Part shown: positions 12,931 to 24,713 of the stretch, one piece after another
How the letters are laid out: each line of letters starts with the position of its first letter
Position numbering within the stretch: the stretch's first letter is position 1
Origin: Felis catus
Taxonomy: Eukaryota
Assembly (NCBI RefSeq): GCF_018350175.1
Contig: NC_058369.1
Coordinates: forward strand, 22,446,001-22,510,000
Direction of reading: 5' to 3'
DNA length: 64,000 nucleotides
Program-made: the position numbers and the translations under genes
Notes under the pieces: generated by a model
The model's database searches: none
Seen by the model: the letters and a program-made list of their open reading frames with translations, nothing else
Told to the model about the DNA's origin: nothing

Positions 12931-13342
12931 GGGGTGCCTGGGTGGTTCAGTTGGTTGAGTGTCCGACTTTTTTTTTTTTTAAATAATTTTAGTTCTTGCA
13001 TTTAAAAAAATGTTTATTTTTGAGAGAGAGAGCACAGGGGTAGGGCAGAGATAGAGGGAGACAGAAAATCTGAAGCAGGCTCTGCACTGACAGTAGGGAG
13101 ACCGATGTAGGGCTCAGACTCACGAACTGTGAGATCATGACCTGAGCTGAAGTCTGACGCTCAATTGACTGAGCCACCCACGTTCCCTGAGTGTTCAATT
13201 CTTGATTTAGGCTCAGGTCATGATCCGGGCTGTGGGATTAAGCCCCACATTGAGCTCCACACTGAGACTACTTAAGATTCTCTTTCTCCCTGTGTCCCTC
13301 TCTCCAGCTTGTGCTTTCTCTCTCAAATAAAAAAAAAAAAAA
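12931..13342 (+). mobile_element. Older carnivore SINE split by an antisense SINE
   Basis: Head 12931-12967 resumes at about 13188; TSD GAATTAAGTTCCA at 12918 and 13344. Confidence 0.85.
12968..13187 (-). mobile_element. Carnivore SINE nested in SINE
   Basis: T-run then antisense body; degenerate TSD TGAGTGT.. at 12956 and 13188. Confidence 0.9.
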
Positions 13343-14189
13343 GGAATTAAGTTCCAGAAAAGCACTTAAACTCCCTGAGTTATACCAAGCTTTCTCCTTT
13401 CTGATAGTAGCCATTTGTTTCTGTGTTTCCTATTTTGCCCCGGCTGCCAGGGAGTTCAGAGATACTCATGGTGCTCAGCCACAAGCATTGTATTAATCTC
13501 ATGGGTGGTATATTTATCCCTTTCTCTTTCCATGACTCTGATTTTCTGCTTTATTAACCTTAGTATATATCTATTCCTTTGACAGTCCACCTCAATTCCT
13601 TTTGGAAAAAGATGGGGAGTGAGGCATAAATTCAAGGCAGTACTGGACATCCTCATTAAATGCCTATCAGTTGGAACTAGGTAAAAGTGATTGTTGTACA
13701 CTCAAAAGTCACTGATTTTATGTTAGGTGAATTTTACCTCAATAGAAAAATTGAAAAAGCCATCATATCAGTGACTTTGATGATGATGATGCTGATGGTG
13801 ATGACTAGGCACTAGTTAAAGGCAGGGTTTTCCATGACGGCCAATGGGAACAATGGGAAAGTCATCCAGGGAATCTGCCTCATTGCTTTCGAAGAGGAAT
13901 AATTAACATTGGCATGTGTACAAGGCAGATGCACAGCTGGTTTTGAGAACGAGAACTCTCCCATCTCCATCCCTTCTCCAAACATCTTAAAAAAATAATA
14001 GACCAGCTTTCTTATTTTAAAAGTACATAAATAGAAATGTTCATTGAAGGAAAATCACAGATAATAATACTTCCATAAAATTCACCTATATTTTTAATAG
14101 CCAGAAGGAACCATTGTTAACATTTTGTTTGTGCCTTCTAGACTTCTGTATTGATTAATTGATGCATGCATTCAATCATCCATCTATCT

Positions 14190-14320
14190 TCCTTTTCCAA
14201 AGTGTGGTCCCTAGGACACCAGTTTCATGATTAAGTAAGTCTAGAAAATAGGTCATCAAAGCAACCCCTCTTGGAGATTTGTGAAGCACATTAGCATACC
14301 TGAAGCTTTGAGAAATTTAG
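14190..14320. mobile_element. hAT MITE fragment (MER103-like)
   Basis: TTCCAAAGTGTGGTCC..CACATTAGCATA..AAGCTTTGAGAA similarity to recalled consensus. Confidence 0.5.
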
Positions 14321-17300
14321 TGGCAATGGACTTCATTTCACTGTGATTCATGTAGAGTGTTTCAAAGGAACTCGAGTATGGAATCTTTATTTTCTGTAGC
14401 CCAAGGAATGAATGAAATGTTTTATAGAAGCCAAGGGAGCTAAGCAATACTTGATCTTAAGTCCTAGTTCATACTTAGTCTATGTGGTCATGCTAGAGAG
14501 ACTGCCTGAATTGGTTCTATGAAGTAAATTTCTCTCCATGTCAGGTCCATGCTCCTGAAACATAATTTTTCATGGCTTCATGGAATTCTGTTGTATGGTC
14601 GTTCCATAGCTTGCAGAATCAATACCTCATTGCTGGGATTTGGAATTTCCCCTTTTGGCACTCATAATGAACATTATTATTGCTAGCTAAGGCCCATCCC
14701 TAAAACATCCCCTCATATGAAGTTTGGTTTTCCTGGGGAGTAGTATCTGCACAGATTCTCCATGAGTGTTTTTGTTTGTTGTTTGTCTTTACTTCTAGTT
14801 TAGGGGACTTGTCAGTCAAGAACACTTTGGAAAGAGACAAAGGTATAAAACAGTAGGAGAAGAAGGATAGGAGGAGAGGATAGTTTTGCTGCTAAACTGG
14901 ATTTTTAAAACTTAAAAAAAATATTTTTTTAATCTTGTGTGTCTATGGCCAGAATTCTGGCCTAGCTCCTGCCCACTCCAGGAAGGACCTAACCCTTAGA
15001 GATCCTAATAAGATTTCTTTCAAAATAAGTGGAAAAAGCAAGTAGACATCAAGAAAAATTATTAGTTAGTAACTAAAAAATCATGATACAAGTAACTGCA
15101 ATTTGGGTGAAAAGTGAGCAACCCAGGTCTCATGGTCACAGTGTGAGCTCTTAAAACTGTCTTTGTATGATTATCATTCATGAATCCATTGTGGGTCCTC
15201 GGTCTGTTTTTTAATTTCTTCTTCTTCTTCTTTTTTTTTCTTCTTCTTCTTTCTCATCTACTCTCAACTGCCCTGGGGAGCCAAGGAAAAGTCCACACAG
15301 TAGGGACATTTAGTTGGGTCCTCAAAGATGAGTGAGCATTTGCCACATCACAGAGAGTGGACATACAAAGCCCTCAAGGTGGCTGACCTCCGATGCAGGT
15401 CACCGTCAGCCTTTCCATCACCACAAGGGAAATTGCTTATGATGAGAAGAAATAGCACTTGGAGACAAAAAATAGAGAAGAATTCATTGACAACCAGTTT
15501 TCCCCATGAAACTATCTGAGAATTGGAGAAATATTTCTCCTTTCTCTTCTGGTAGCTGGGACGGCAAATAGCCCTAACAGAGATCTGCAAATAACGGCAA
15601 TAAAAACTAAAGTCCGGGCACAAGACTGAGGGGAGATGTCAGCTTTAAGAAGGGAAAGAGAAGGGACTAGAAGTGGAGCAGAGCAAAGAAATGTAGGTTT
15701 AAGCCCATGAGGCACAGGTGGGATTTTTATATTAAGCAAGCGAAAGACCACAGGGGGGAAAGCAGGCCAACTTTATTTTTTTTTTATGACAGAATCAATA
15801 GAATCTAATCAAGTTTTGAATGCAATCAGAGTAAGATGAGAAATACCAAGTAGGCTCCTGGAGGCAGTAACCAGGACATAATCGTGTCCAGAAGGGACTA
15901 CCAGAGTGATGTTCCACATTTCTCTCCAAGCCCTGCTGGGGAAACTCTGAAATTAAGGAAGGGTGACATGGATTTAGGTTCATGTCCCTGGAGTTTTGAT
16001 GCCCTGTTTTATTTGGATTTTTCTTCTCTGTAGAGCTCCACTGGGACCAGGCTTTCAGCTAAGAAAGTAAAGAAGGATGTCCTTTTGGAGGAGGGTAGTG
16101 ATGACTATCACAGATCACTTTGCGAGATGCACCGTCAGATTACAGACCCTTGGCTGGAAGGTAACGAGAACCGGGGGCTCCGAACCTCTTCATAATCTCC
16201 ACGCACACCCTGCCCAAGTCACCCCATATACCAACAATCCAAGCAAAGACAGACTGCACACCCTGCGAAGGCAGCGTCAGGCTCCCCGCAAACAGCTGTG
16301 CCAGAGCGGTCTATTTAAAACAAGACCACTGATCATCAGGTACTGCTCTTAGCACCCAGGCAACCCTCTTAAGTGCCACCCCCCATAGAGGAATTCTGAA
16401 ACCACCATTGTAAGGTGGTTATGATTTGCATTCATTGGTTATATGAGGAACAGGGGGGGAAATGCAAAACTGCTTACTGACACTGGCTCTCGCAGCCACT
16501 TTAATCACACAGGATCTGGCTTATGATGATTTGGTGCCAGGTCTTGGGAGATGGGGCTGGGGTAGAAGCCCGTCTCATCCCTGAGGAGCCTTCTCAGAGT
16601 CTTAGAAGATGACAGACTCATAGTTGATGACGTAACCCAACCAAATTGGACTATGATCGGGAACCTTGGCCGGGGGCTGTGGAAGTCGTAAGAGGCTGTT
16701 ACCACTGTTGGTTGGGGCATGGGGCAGGGGAGGAAAGTGAGGAGGAGTGGTCATGATTTCTATAATGACTTTAGCCCCAACAGTGGTCTCAGGCCACACA
16801 ACCCCCTGAGAGAGGTGTTATTACTTCAGGCACATAGCGATTGCTCTAGACACATTTGTGAACATTCAGATGAATGAAGAAATGAATGGTCCTAGTAAAG
16901 AAACTGGGCTTCAGAGAAGAAAGAACTTACCTGAGATCACACAGCTCATCAGTAGCCAAGCTAGAATATCAGACCTAAGAACCTCATTCTCTTTCTGTCA
17001 CACATGGTGTTTGCTGGATGCTGGTGTGGAAAGACCTAGAAAACCCATACAGCCACAAGGGGAACTTGATAGGAACCAACCAAGTTGGATTTGCAAAAGA
17101 GATCATGTGAGCCAGGGAGCACACTGCTGATGTGTATTAATATTTGTCTCTAAAAAAAAAAAACAAAAACAAAAACAAAAAAAACCCTGTGGTACTCTTC
17201 ACTCTCAACGGGTGGCTCTGGTGCCATAATCTGAATTAGCCTTTTAAAAATATCCCCCTTCCAGCCCACCTTTGCTTGGATATTTGATATAGAAACAGCT

Positions 17301-17984
17301 AATGAAGTCCATTTGCCATATGGGTTAAGTGAACTTTTTTAAGTAGGTGTTTTACATCCCTGCAGCTCCAGGAGCTGTTGTCATAGTAACATTTCCCTCT
17401 CGACTTGCAGAAGGCACAGTCCATGGAGCCAGTGGCAATGTAGGTCACGAGTGAAAAGGGGTTTGGTGGCTTTGCCTCCATTTGGCATAGCTGGAGATTG
17501 TTCATGCTGGGGGCTCCGGAGGGGCTCACATTCCCCAGAATGTTCTGTTGTAGGACTGAGAAGAGACGCAGGCATGGAGGGTGGTGGTGGAAATAGGCAC
17601 TGAAGTGGTGAACCAGGCTAGTATGACCTGTGCCCCTGTGTGGAGACTCAGAAGGTCTGAGAGCCTGGGATGACCTGGGAGAGGTCACAGTGGAGGGGGG
17701 ACCCTGTGGGGCTCTGGGGGCTCTCTTTCTCAGCTGCTTGGTGGGAATTGGTACCCTCTGCAGTGCAGAATCCTTTCAGAGTTGGTTTATGAAGGCTTGT
17801 GTCAATTACCCATATAGAAGTTGTGGCTGGAGGAGACCTCAGCTTTATATACAGCTTGGAAATGTGTTCTAAGAACTTTTATTTACTCATCTATTCGTGT
17901 AGCAAACATTTACCAGGCCCCTCTTCTGCACCAGGTACAGCGCTGGGCAATGCTCTTCATGGGTGAGCAGCCTTTGCACTTGAA

Positions 17985-18085
17985 CAGGGAGAGCCCCCTG
18001 CTCTTAGTTCAATGGCGCTTAGTTTAATGCTGTGCTGTTGCTGTCTTGAAATTCTTAATCATTTGTGAACCAGGGCCCACCAAAA
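17985..18085. mobile_element. hAT-Tip100 MITE fragment (MER45-like)
   Basis: GCTTAGTTTAATGCTGTGCTGTTGCTGTCTTGAAATTCTTAAT..GAACCAGGGCCC. Confidence 0.65.
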
Positions 18086-18371
18086 GTGAACGTGTTGGAA
18101 GACCAACACAGGCTTTCGAGAAAGGAGGGCAAGTTTCCCCCTCAAGGTGATAAAGATTAGGAGGATATCTACTTGCCAGGTCAAGTGCTTTGGGTGCAAA
18201 CCTTTCTCTCTTTTATTTTGAGTTTTCTCTTTTAACGTTTTAGTTTGACATAATTTCAGTCTTACAGAAAAGTTGAAAGAATAGTACAAAGTATTCCTAT
18301 ATACCCATCATCCAGATGTTACATTTTATCATGTGTATCTTATCTGTGTATCCATCCATCCATCTACCCAT

Positions 18372-18714
18372 TGTCAAAAGGAAATTCAGAGGGCCTTACT
18401 AGATGTGAATATTTTGATTTGGAAAAAAAGTGTTCATGAACATGGAGATGTCAGATCCGAAAGTGGTAGGTAGCACAGCAGCATGACATTATGGGATGGC
18501 TTACATAGTGACAACAAGAAAGTTGTTTAGGGGTGCCTGGGTGGCTCAGTTGGTTAAGCATCTGACTCAGGTTTCAGTTCAGGTTCACGGTTCATGGGAC
18601 TGAGCCTCATATTGGGCTCTGTGCTGACAGTGCAGAGCTTGCTTGGGATTCTCTCTCTTCCTCTCTCTCTGTCCCTCCCCCACTTGCCTGAGCTCTCTCT
18701 CAAAATAATAAACT

Positions 18715-18769
<55 letters not shown>

Positions 18770-19032
18770 AAATAAGGAAGTTGTTTAAACTTTAGAATGA
18801 TTGGCTATTTCAATGAAGTTTTCCAGATGAGGGGGATTGGTTAAAGTTATTATATCATTTTAGGAAGATGACTTAAGTTTTGCTTATGATTATGAGAGGT
18901 ACTGACAATAGATAACCTAAGTTAAGTTTTGCTTATGTTAATGAAATAAGCTAGAATAGGCATTGCCTATGTGCCTTAACTGCTTTTGTCTGCTAGGAGG
19001 TTGGCAAACCTGGTCTCTCTTTTATTTTAACA
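18372..19032 (-). mobile_element. Probable ERV solo LTR inserted in L1, containing a SINE
   Basis: TG...CA termini, near-TSD CCAT/CTAT, internal direct repeat TTAAGTTTTGCTTATG; interrupts a (TCCA)n-like tract. Confidence 0.55.
18530..18773 (+). mobile_element. Carnivore SINE with (GAAA)n tail
   Basis: GGGGTGCCTGGGTGG head; TSD AAG(A/G)AAGTTGTTTA at 18516 and 18774; GAAA tetranucleotide 18716-18770. Confidence 0.94.
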
Positions 19033-19542
19033 CTATCCAGCCAGCCAGCCAGCCATTCATCTAATCTGTCTATCCATGTACTGTTTGATCTTAAGTTGTA
19101 GGTGGGATAAAATGTCCCTTTACTGCTGAATAAAATTATCTTACATAATCATAGTATCACTTATCAAAATCAGGAAATTAACATTTATACAGTATTATTG
19201 TCTATGCACAAATCTTATTCAGATTTCACCCCTTGTCCCAATAATGTTCTTCCTAACAAAGGGAAATCAGGTACCACATGTTGTATTTGCTTGTCCAGGT
19301 TCTTCAGTCTCCTTTGATATGGAATACTTCCTACTTTTTCTTTGTTTTCCCAGACATTGCTATTTGGAAGGAGTGCAGGTTAGTGAATTTTTAAAACTCA
19401 GGTGTATCAAGATGTAGCTTTTGTACATTAAAACTCACCCTTTTGAGAGGGACATTTCTCAAGCCAGTTATCTTATAGAAGGGCCCTAACACTGGGTCTG
19501 TCTGAGGTTTCCCCATGCTTGGATTCAGACTGTGAGTTGTCG

Positions 19543-19776
19543 TCTTCTTCTTCTTCTTCTTCTTCTTCTTCTTCTTCTTCTTCTTTTTAGTGTTTATTTA
19601 TTTTTGAGAGAGAGAGAGCGAGCAGGGGAGGGACAGAGAGAGAGGGAGACAGAAGATCCAAAGCGGGCTCTGTGCTGATAACAGAGAGCCGGATGCGGGG
19701 GTTGAACTCACACACGGTGAGGTCGTGAACTGAGCCAAAGTCAAACACTTAACCAGCTGAGCCACCCCGGTGCTCC
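19543..19776 (-). mobile_element. Carnivore SINE with (CTT)n tail
   Basis: Antisense body preceded by (CTT)n 19543-19584. Confidence 0.93.
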
Positions 19777-20878
19777 CAGACTGATTCTTTACCAAAATTC
19801 CACAGGAGGGATGTGATGCATTTTTCTGAATTCAGAATAATGCATTCAGAAAAATGCATCACATCAAGAAGCACTTGGTGTTGGTTCCCCCACTACAATT
19901 GATGATGTTGGAGACTGTGTAAATATTCTGCTACTCCTCAAATTTTCACCCACCCAATGCATTTTCATCCATTGATGGTTCTTGCCTGAAAATGATTAAT
20001 GTGATGGTTGCCAAATGGTGATTTTCCTAATTCCTTCATTCCTTTTACATTTGTTGGTTGTCTTCCTACTGTAAGGAAGACAACATTTCCCCCAAACAAT
20101 TAATAAATTAATTGAGTGTGGGATTGTTCATTCTTATTTTATGCAATGGGTTAAACTCTTCTCTTATTATTTATTGTGATGCTCATATTGTCCCAAATTT
20201 GGCCCCTTCAAGCTGGGCCATATTTTGACATATCCCCCATCATTCTTTCAGCACTTCCTGACTTCTGGCCCAAGATGTTCCAAGTTCATTTTGCACTTTC
20301 TCTGCCACAGCCTTGGAGCCAACCATTTCTCCAGGGAAGGGTGCAATTTTCTGAAGGTGCACATGTTGCCTGAATCATTTCAATCTTGAGATTCTTTCCT
20401 AATTCATGTGGTAGAAACAGAAAGGGGAGACTTTCAATGTAAAATTTTATTCAGGATACTTGTCTGGCTCTTTTCCTTCCTTGATTGAATTTGAAGCAAC
20501 TTACCAACATTTTTATACCAAAAAAATATGGAATAAGAATTTTTTGAAGGGAAAAAAAAATGGTAGAAAGAGGAGGAAAACAGATATGCCAGCAACAAAA
20601 GTTGCTGGGCTTGCCCAGAATAACTTGGTATTCAACATTTTGGCAGCCAAATTAAAGAAGGAACTGCATGGGGAGAAGATGCCCAGTGCTCAGAGAACAC
20701 CTTCAGAGACTCTGACCTGCTGGCAAAGGCAGGCATGGCAGCAAGGGGCCCAGCTGGCACTGTGCTGTGGGAATAAAGAGCCTTTTAGGGTGGCATTCTG
20801 GCCAGATAGACTTGGAATATGCTGTGGAGAGGGAGCAGCAAGGCCAGGATATGTATTTTTTTAACCTTTATTTATTTT

Positions 20879-21108
20879 CTTTTTTTTTTTTAATTTTTTT
20901 TTTCCAACGTTTTTATTTATTTTTGGGACAGAGAGAGACAGAGCATGAACGGGGGAGGGGCAGAGAGAGAGGGAGACACAGAATCGGAAACAGGCTCCAG
21001 GCTCTGGGCCATCAGCCCAGAGCCTGACGCGGGCTCAAACTCCCGGACCGCGAGATCGTGACCTGGCTGAAGTCGGACACTTAACCGACTGCGCCACCCA
21101 GGCGCCCC
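20879..21108 (-). mobile_element. Young felid SINE (SINEC_Fc)
   Basis: CTCCCGGACCGCGAGATCGTGACCTGGC; TSD ACCTTTATTTATTTT at 20864 and 21110. Confidence 0.95.
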
Positions 21109-21109
21109 T

Positions 21110-21316
21110 ACCTTTATTTATTTTCAAGAGAGAGAGAGACAGAGTGCAAGCGGGGGAGAAACAGAGAGAGAGGGAAACACAGAATCTGAAGCAGGCTCCA
21201 GGCTCTGAGCTGTCAGTCAGCACAGAGCCCGATGCAAGGCTTGAACCCATGAACTGCGAGATCATGACCTGAGCTGAAGTTGGACACTTAACCATCTGAG
21301 CCACCCAGACAGCCCC
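21110..21316 (-). mobile_element. Older carnivore SINE (host of the preceding insertion)
   Basis: Antisense body ending CCACCCAGACAGCCCC. Confidence 0.92.
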
Positions 21317-21697
21317 GCTTTTTTTTCTTGAAAGCACTTTGGGGTGTATTCTAGCTCTTAGACCAGAACTCAGTGAAACCTCACAGCTAGGAGAAAATTG
21401 GTATTTAAGGGCCCCACAATAACTCCTTCACTCATACACTGTCTCAGGGACGTTCTAGCAAATATTTGTTAGGAGACGTGCAGCTGTCAGGCCCAGGGGA
21501 GGCAGAGACAGCTAAGATCTAGACACTGCCCACTAGGTCCAATAGGCAAGGAGGCTTGACCATGAGTGATAGTATAGCAGATTAAACACTAGCCATCTTC
21601 TGAGGGTTACTATAGGGATGGAAAGGCAGGCAACTGCGAGCCACCTCTTATAGCTACTTATGAAGGAGCTGCTATGTTGTTAACAAATGGAACTTCA

Positions 21698-21927
21698 GAA
21701 CAGCCGAACACAAGGGAAGGGAAGGGAAGCAAAAATAATATAAAAACAGGGAAGGGGACAAAACATAAGAGACTCTTAAATATGGAGAACAAACAGAGGG
21801 TTATGGGAAAGGGTGTAGGAGGGGGGATAGGCTAAATGGGTAAGGGACATTAAAGAATCTACTCCTGAAATCATTGCTGCACTATATGCTAACTAATTTG
21901 GATGTAAATTAAAAAAAAAAAAAAGAA
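21698..21927 (+). mobile_element. 5'-truncated felid L1 3' end
   Basis: CATAAGAGACTCTTAAATATGGAGAACAAACAGAGGG..GCACTATATGCTAACTAATTTGGATGTAAATT plus polyA; TSD GGAACTTCA at 21689 and 21928. Confidence 0.88.
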
Positions 21928-22205
21928 GGAACTTCATATCTGCAAAAGGACCTTAAAGGGAATTCTGGCCAGTGTGGCCCATTAGGTGTTTACATCTATT
22001 CTGCCATTGGATCTTGTGCGAGATCCCACAAGATCTACTTCTTGATAGAAGTAGGAGTTTAGTACAATGTGCAAATGGAGGGAGTTGTCCTATGTGAATA
22101 GGCATTCTATAGTTTCTTCGCTTATTCATTCATTTACTCAATGACTATACACTGAGTCCCTATTATGTTCTTGGCACTGTGATGGACGCTGGGTGTATGG
22201 TGGTG

Positions 22206-22239
<34 letters not shown>

Positions 22240-22319
22240 CACTGCCCTCCTAGTGCTTGAGATCTAAGGGGAGAGGTGAAAATTAATTAGATTAATCAAA
22301 ATACACATGTAAAATTTCT

Positions 22320-22985
22320 CCAAGTGCTTGGATTAGGTGGGGTCAAGGGGAATTTCAGCTTTATCTGTAATGTCTTAACTTTACTATGGAAACTGAAACA
22401 TTTACAAAAATAGGACACTGTCACAAACCCCCAAGTACCCGTCACCCACACATTCCCTCCCCAAGGATTATTTTTAAGTACGTTCCAGACATTGTCTTCC
22501 ATTCATGTATATTTCAGTAAGTATCTCTAACAGATAAAGACCCTTTGAGAAAAATAGAACTATGATGCCATGATCACACCTGAAAGTACTAACAGTAATT
22601 CCTTAGAAGGATCATGTATCCAACCAGTGTTCACATTTCCTTGTCTTGTGATTACAGTTTGTTCAAATCTGGACCTAAAGAAGGTTCATACGCTGCAATT
22701 GGTTAATAGTCTCTTAATGTGTTTTTGTGCATTTTTGCTGGTATATCTCTGGGATAGATTGCTTGACGTGACTTTGTTGGGTCAAAGGATAAGGGCATGT
22801 GTAATTTTGCTAGTGTTTAAAGTTGCCCTCTACAGAGATTAGGGGCTTGTGCTCCTCATTGGGGAGAGTGCCCTTTTCCCCAGAGCCTCACCAGCAGACT
22901 ATCTTCTCAAACTTTGGGATTTTTGCCAGTCTGATAAATGAGAAGTGGTATCTCATGGTCATCTTCATTTCTTTAAATGAAGTTT
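22320..22985. mobile_element. Degraded L1M fragments
   Basis: Phrases such as TTTTTGCCAGTCTGATAAATGAGAAGTGGTATCTCAT typical of antisense L1M. Confidence 0.55.
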
Positions 22986-24651
22986 CAAAAGAAAATGGGT
23001 TCAGGGTGAATTCTGCATTTGCGGAGGAAAGAAGCAATTTGCAGAGAAACAATAATATTGCCAACAACCGTTCGGCACATATGTTATTTTATTTTACTTA
23101 ATCCTCAATCCTCCAAGGAAGAAAAGTCATATTGCCCATTATGGGGAGGACACTGAGGCACAGAAAGAGTGAGTACCCTTGTCTAGTGTCCCACGGCAGG
23201 GAAGTGGAGACCAGATTTGGGCCATGGTTGTCTGGGTTGTCTGTTCAGGAACTGCTCTGAGCTGCTCTGCTCACCTGCAGGACAGCACAGCCCCAGGTGT
23301 GAGCTTCACCCAGGATCCAGTCCTTCTTTCTTACTTGGAGCCACCTTACGGAGCTGCTGTCAACAGCAATCATCTGTCCCGGTGGCTTCAAGGGCAGGGA
23401 GAGGGATATCACAGGCCATTCCTTGATGGTAGCAGCTGGGCCCATGGTGGCCTGGGCCGGATGGTGGTCAGGAGGGCTCAGGCCAAGGAGGATGCAGCCC
23501 GGATGATGGAAAATGGGGAGCCACCCTGTAACTGTTCCATTGCGCACTTCGGAGCCCCATTAATACAATATTAGTACGTGTGTCTTTCCTCCCCTCCAGT
23601 TTTTTAAAGAAGACACGAAAATAAGAATGGATTCTAGAAAAGAGGAATCAACTCAGAAACTAAAACCTAGCAAATTCAGACTTCTAAGTGAGTGTCTTTC
23701 TGTCCAGTGCCATGTGATTATTGAAATACTGCTTTACGCACTTAACTATCCACATAAGATACTCAGCTTTAGCCTTACATCGTACTCCAGTGAGTGAGTG
23801 GGGGCGGAAGGGGGGACTGGTTCTGGCCATTCTTCAGAGGGAGGCTGGGTCTCAGGTCTTCTCAGGGGCTCTGCCAGCTGAGGCGGAAGCCCCAACAAGA
23901 TGACAAGATGCACCCCCTGTGGCCAGTGCCTGCCCGGATCCTCCACGAGATGGATTTTGGTCAGGGTTGGGAAAGTAGAGGAAAAAAGCTCTGTGCTCGC
24001 TGCCTTCAGCACCTTGAGGGTGCTAAAGGGATTTCTTCAGTTTCTTTGTCTTCTGTCTTCAGTCGGCACCAGGCTGGGTCTAGGGGGATACAGTGGGGAC
24101 GGAGCTGAGGAGGGGGTGAGGGAGGCATAGGACTAGGTTGCTGCAATGAAAGTCATACCCCAAGCCCCCTCCTGTTATCACACGTGTGTGCGTGCAAGCA
24201 CACCAGCCCGCGTAGCGCATACATGCAGGACCAGCCTCAGGAAAGGTTGGGTTTGGGCTCTGGCAATGTTGCTTCATGGCCCTGGGGTTCGGGACAAGGC
24301 CCTTACCCTGCTAAGTCCCAGTCTGCTCCTCTGGAAAACAGGCCTTCTGCCCCTGGGACGGGGGTGGGGAGTGCCGTGAGATGAAGTGAGGAGGGCCAGA
24401 GGGCACGGTTGGGACAGCGCCTGGTGCAGAGTAGGTGCTCAGGAAATGCCCACAGAATCTGACCCCTCTTGGAGGTCCAGCATTCATTCTTCTCCCTGTG
24501 TCTGGGGGTGTGGGTGGGGAGAGACCTCCTCTTGCCTTGCTCTGAGCAGGGGCCAGGCTGGCTCTGGAAGCCAGCCTTCTGACCCCCGCACCAGGCCCTC
24601 ATTGCCGCACTCGCCAGGCCAGACCTGGAGCCTCAAACACACATGGGCTTC

Positions 24652-24667
24652 TGCACGCGCGTGTGTG

Positions 24668-24703
<36 letters not shown>

Positions 24704-24713
24704 ACGCGTGTGC
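24652..24713. repeat. (GT)n microsatellite with CG-alternating flanks
   Basis: TGCACGCGCGTGTGTG..(GT)n..GCGCACGCGTGTGC. Confidence 0.95.

Larger units (their letters stand above)
18232..20337 (-). mobile_element. Old mammalian L1 3' region (L1MC/MD/ME-like), fragmented by later insertions
   Basis: ATAATTTCAGTCTTACAGAAAAGTTG..AATAGTACAAAG start; AAATCAGGAAATTAACATT; AACCATTTCTCCAGGGA end. Confidence 0.7.

Noticed and set aside
20589..20608. Hairpin CCAGCAAC-AAAA-GTTGCTGG
   Set aside because: An 8-bp stem is expected by chance in 64 kb
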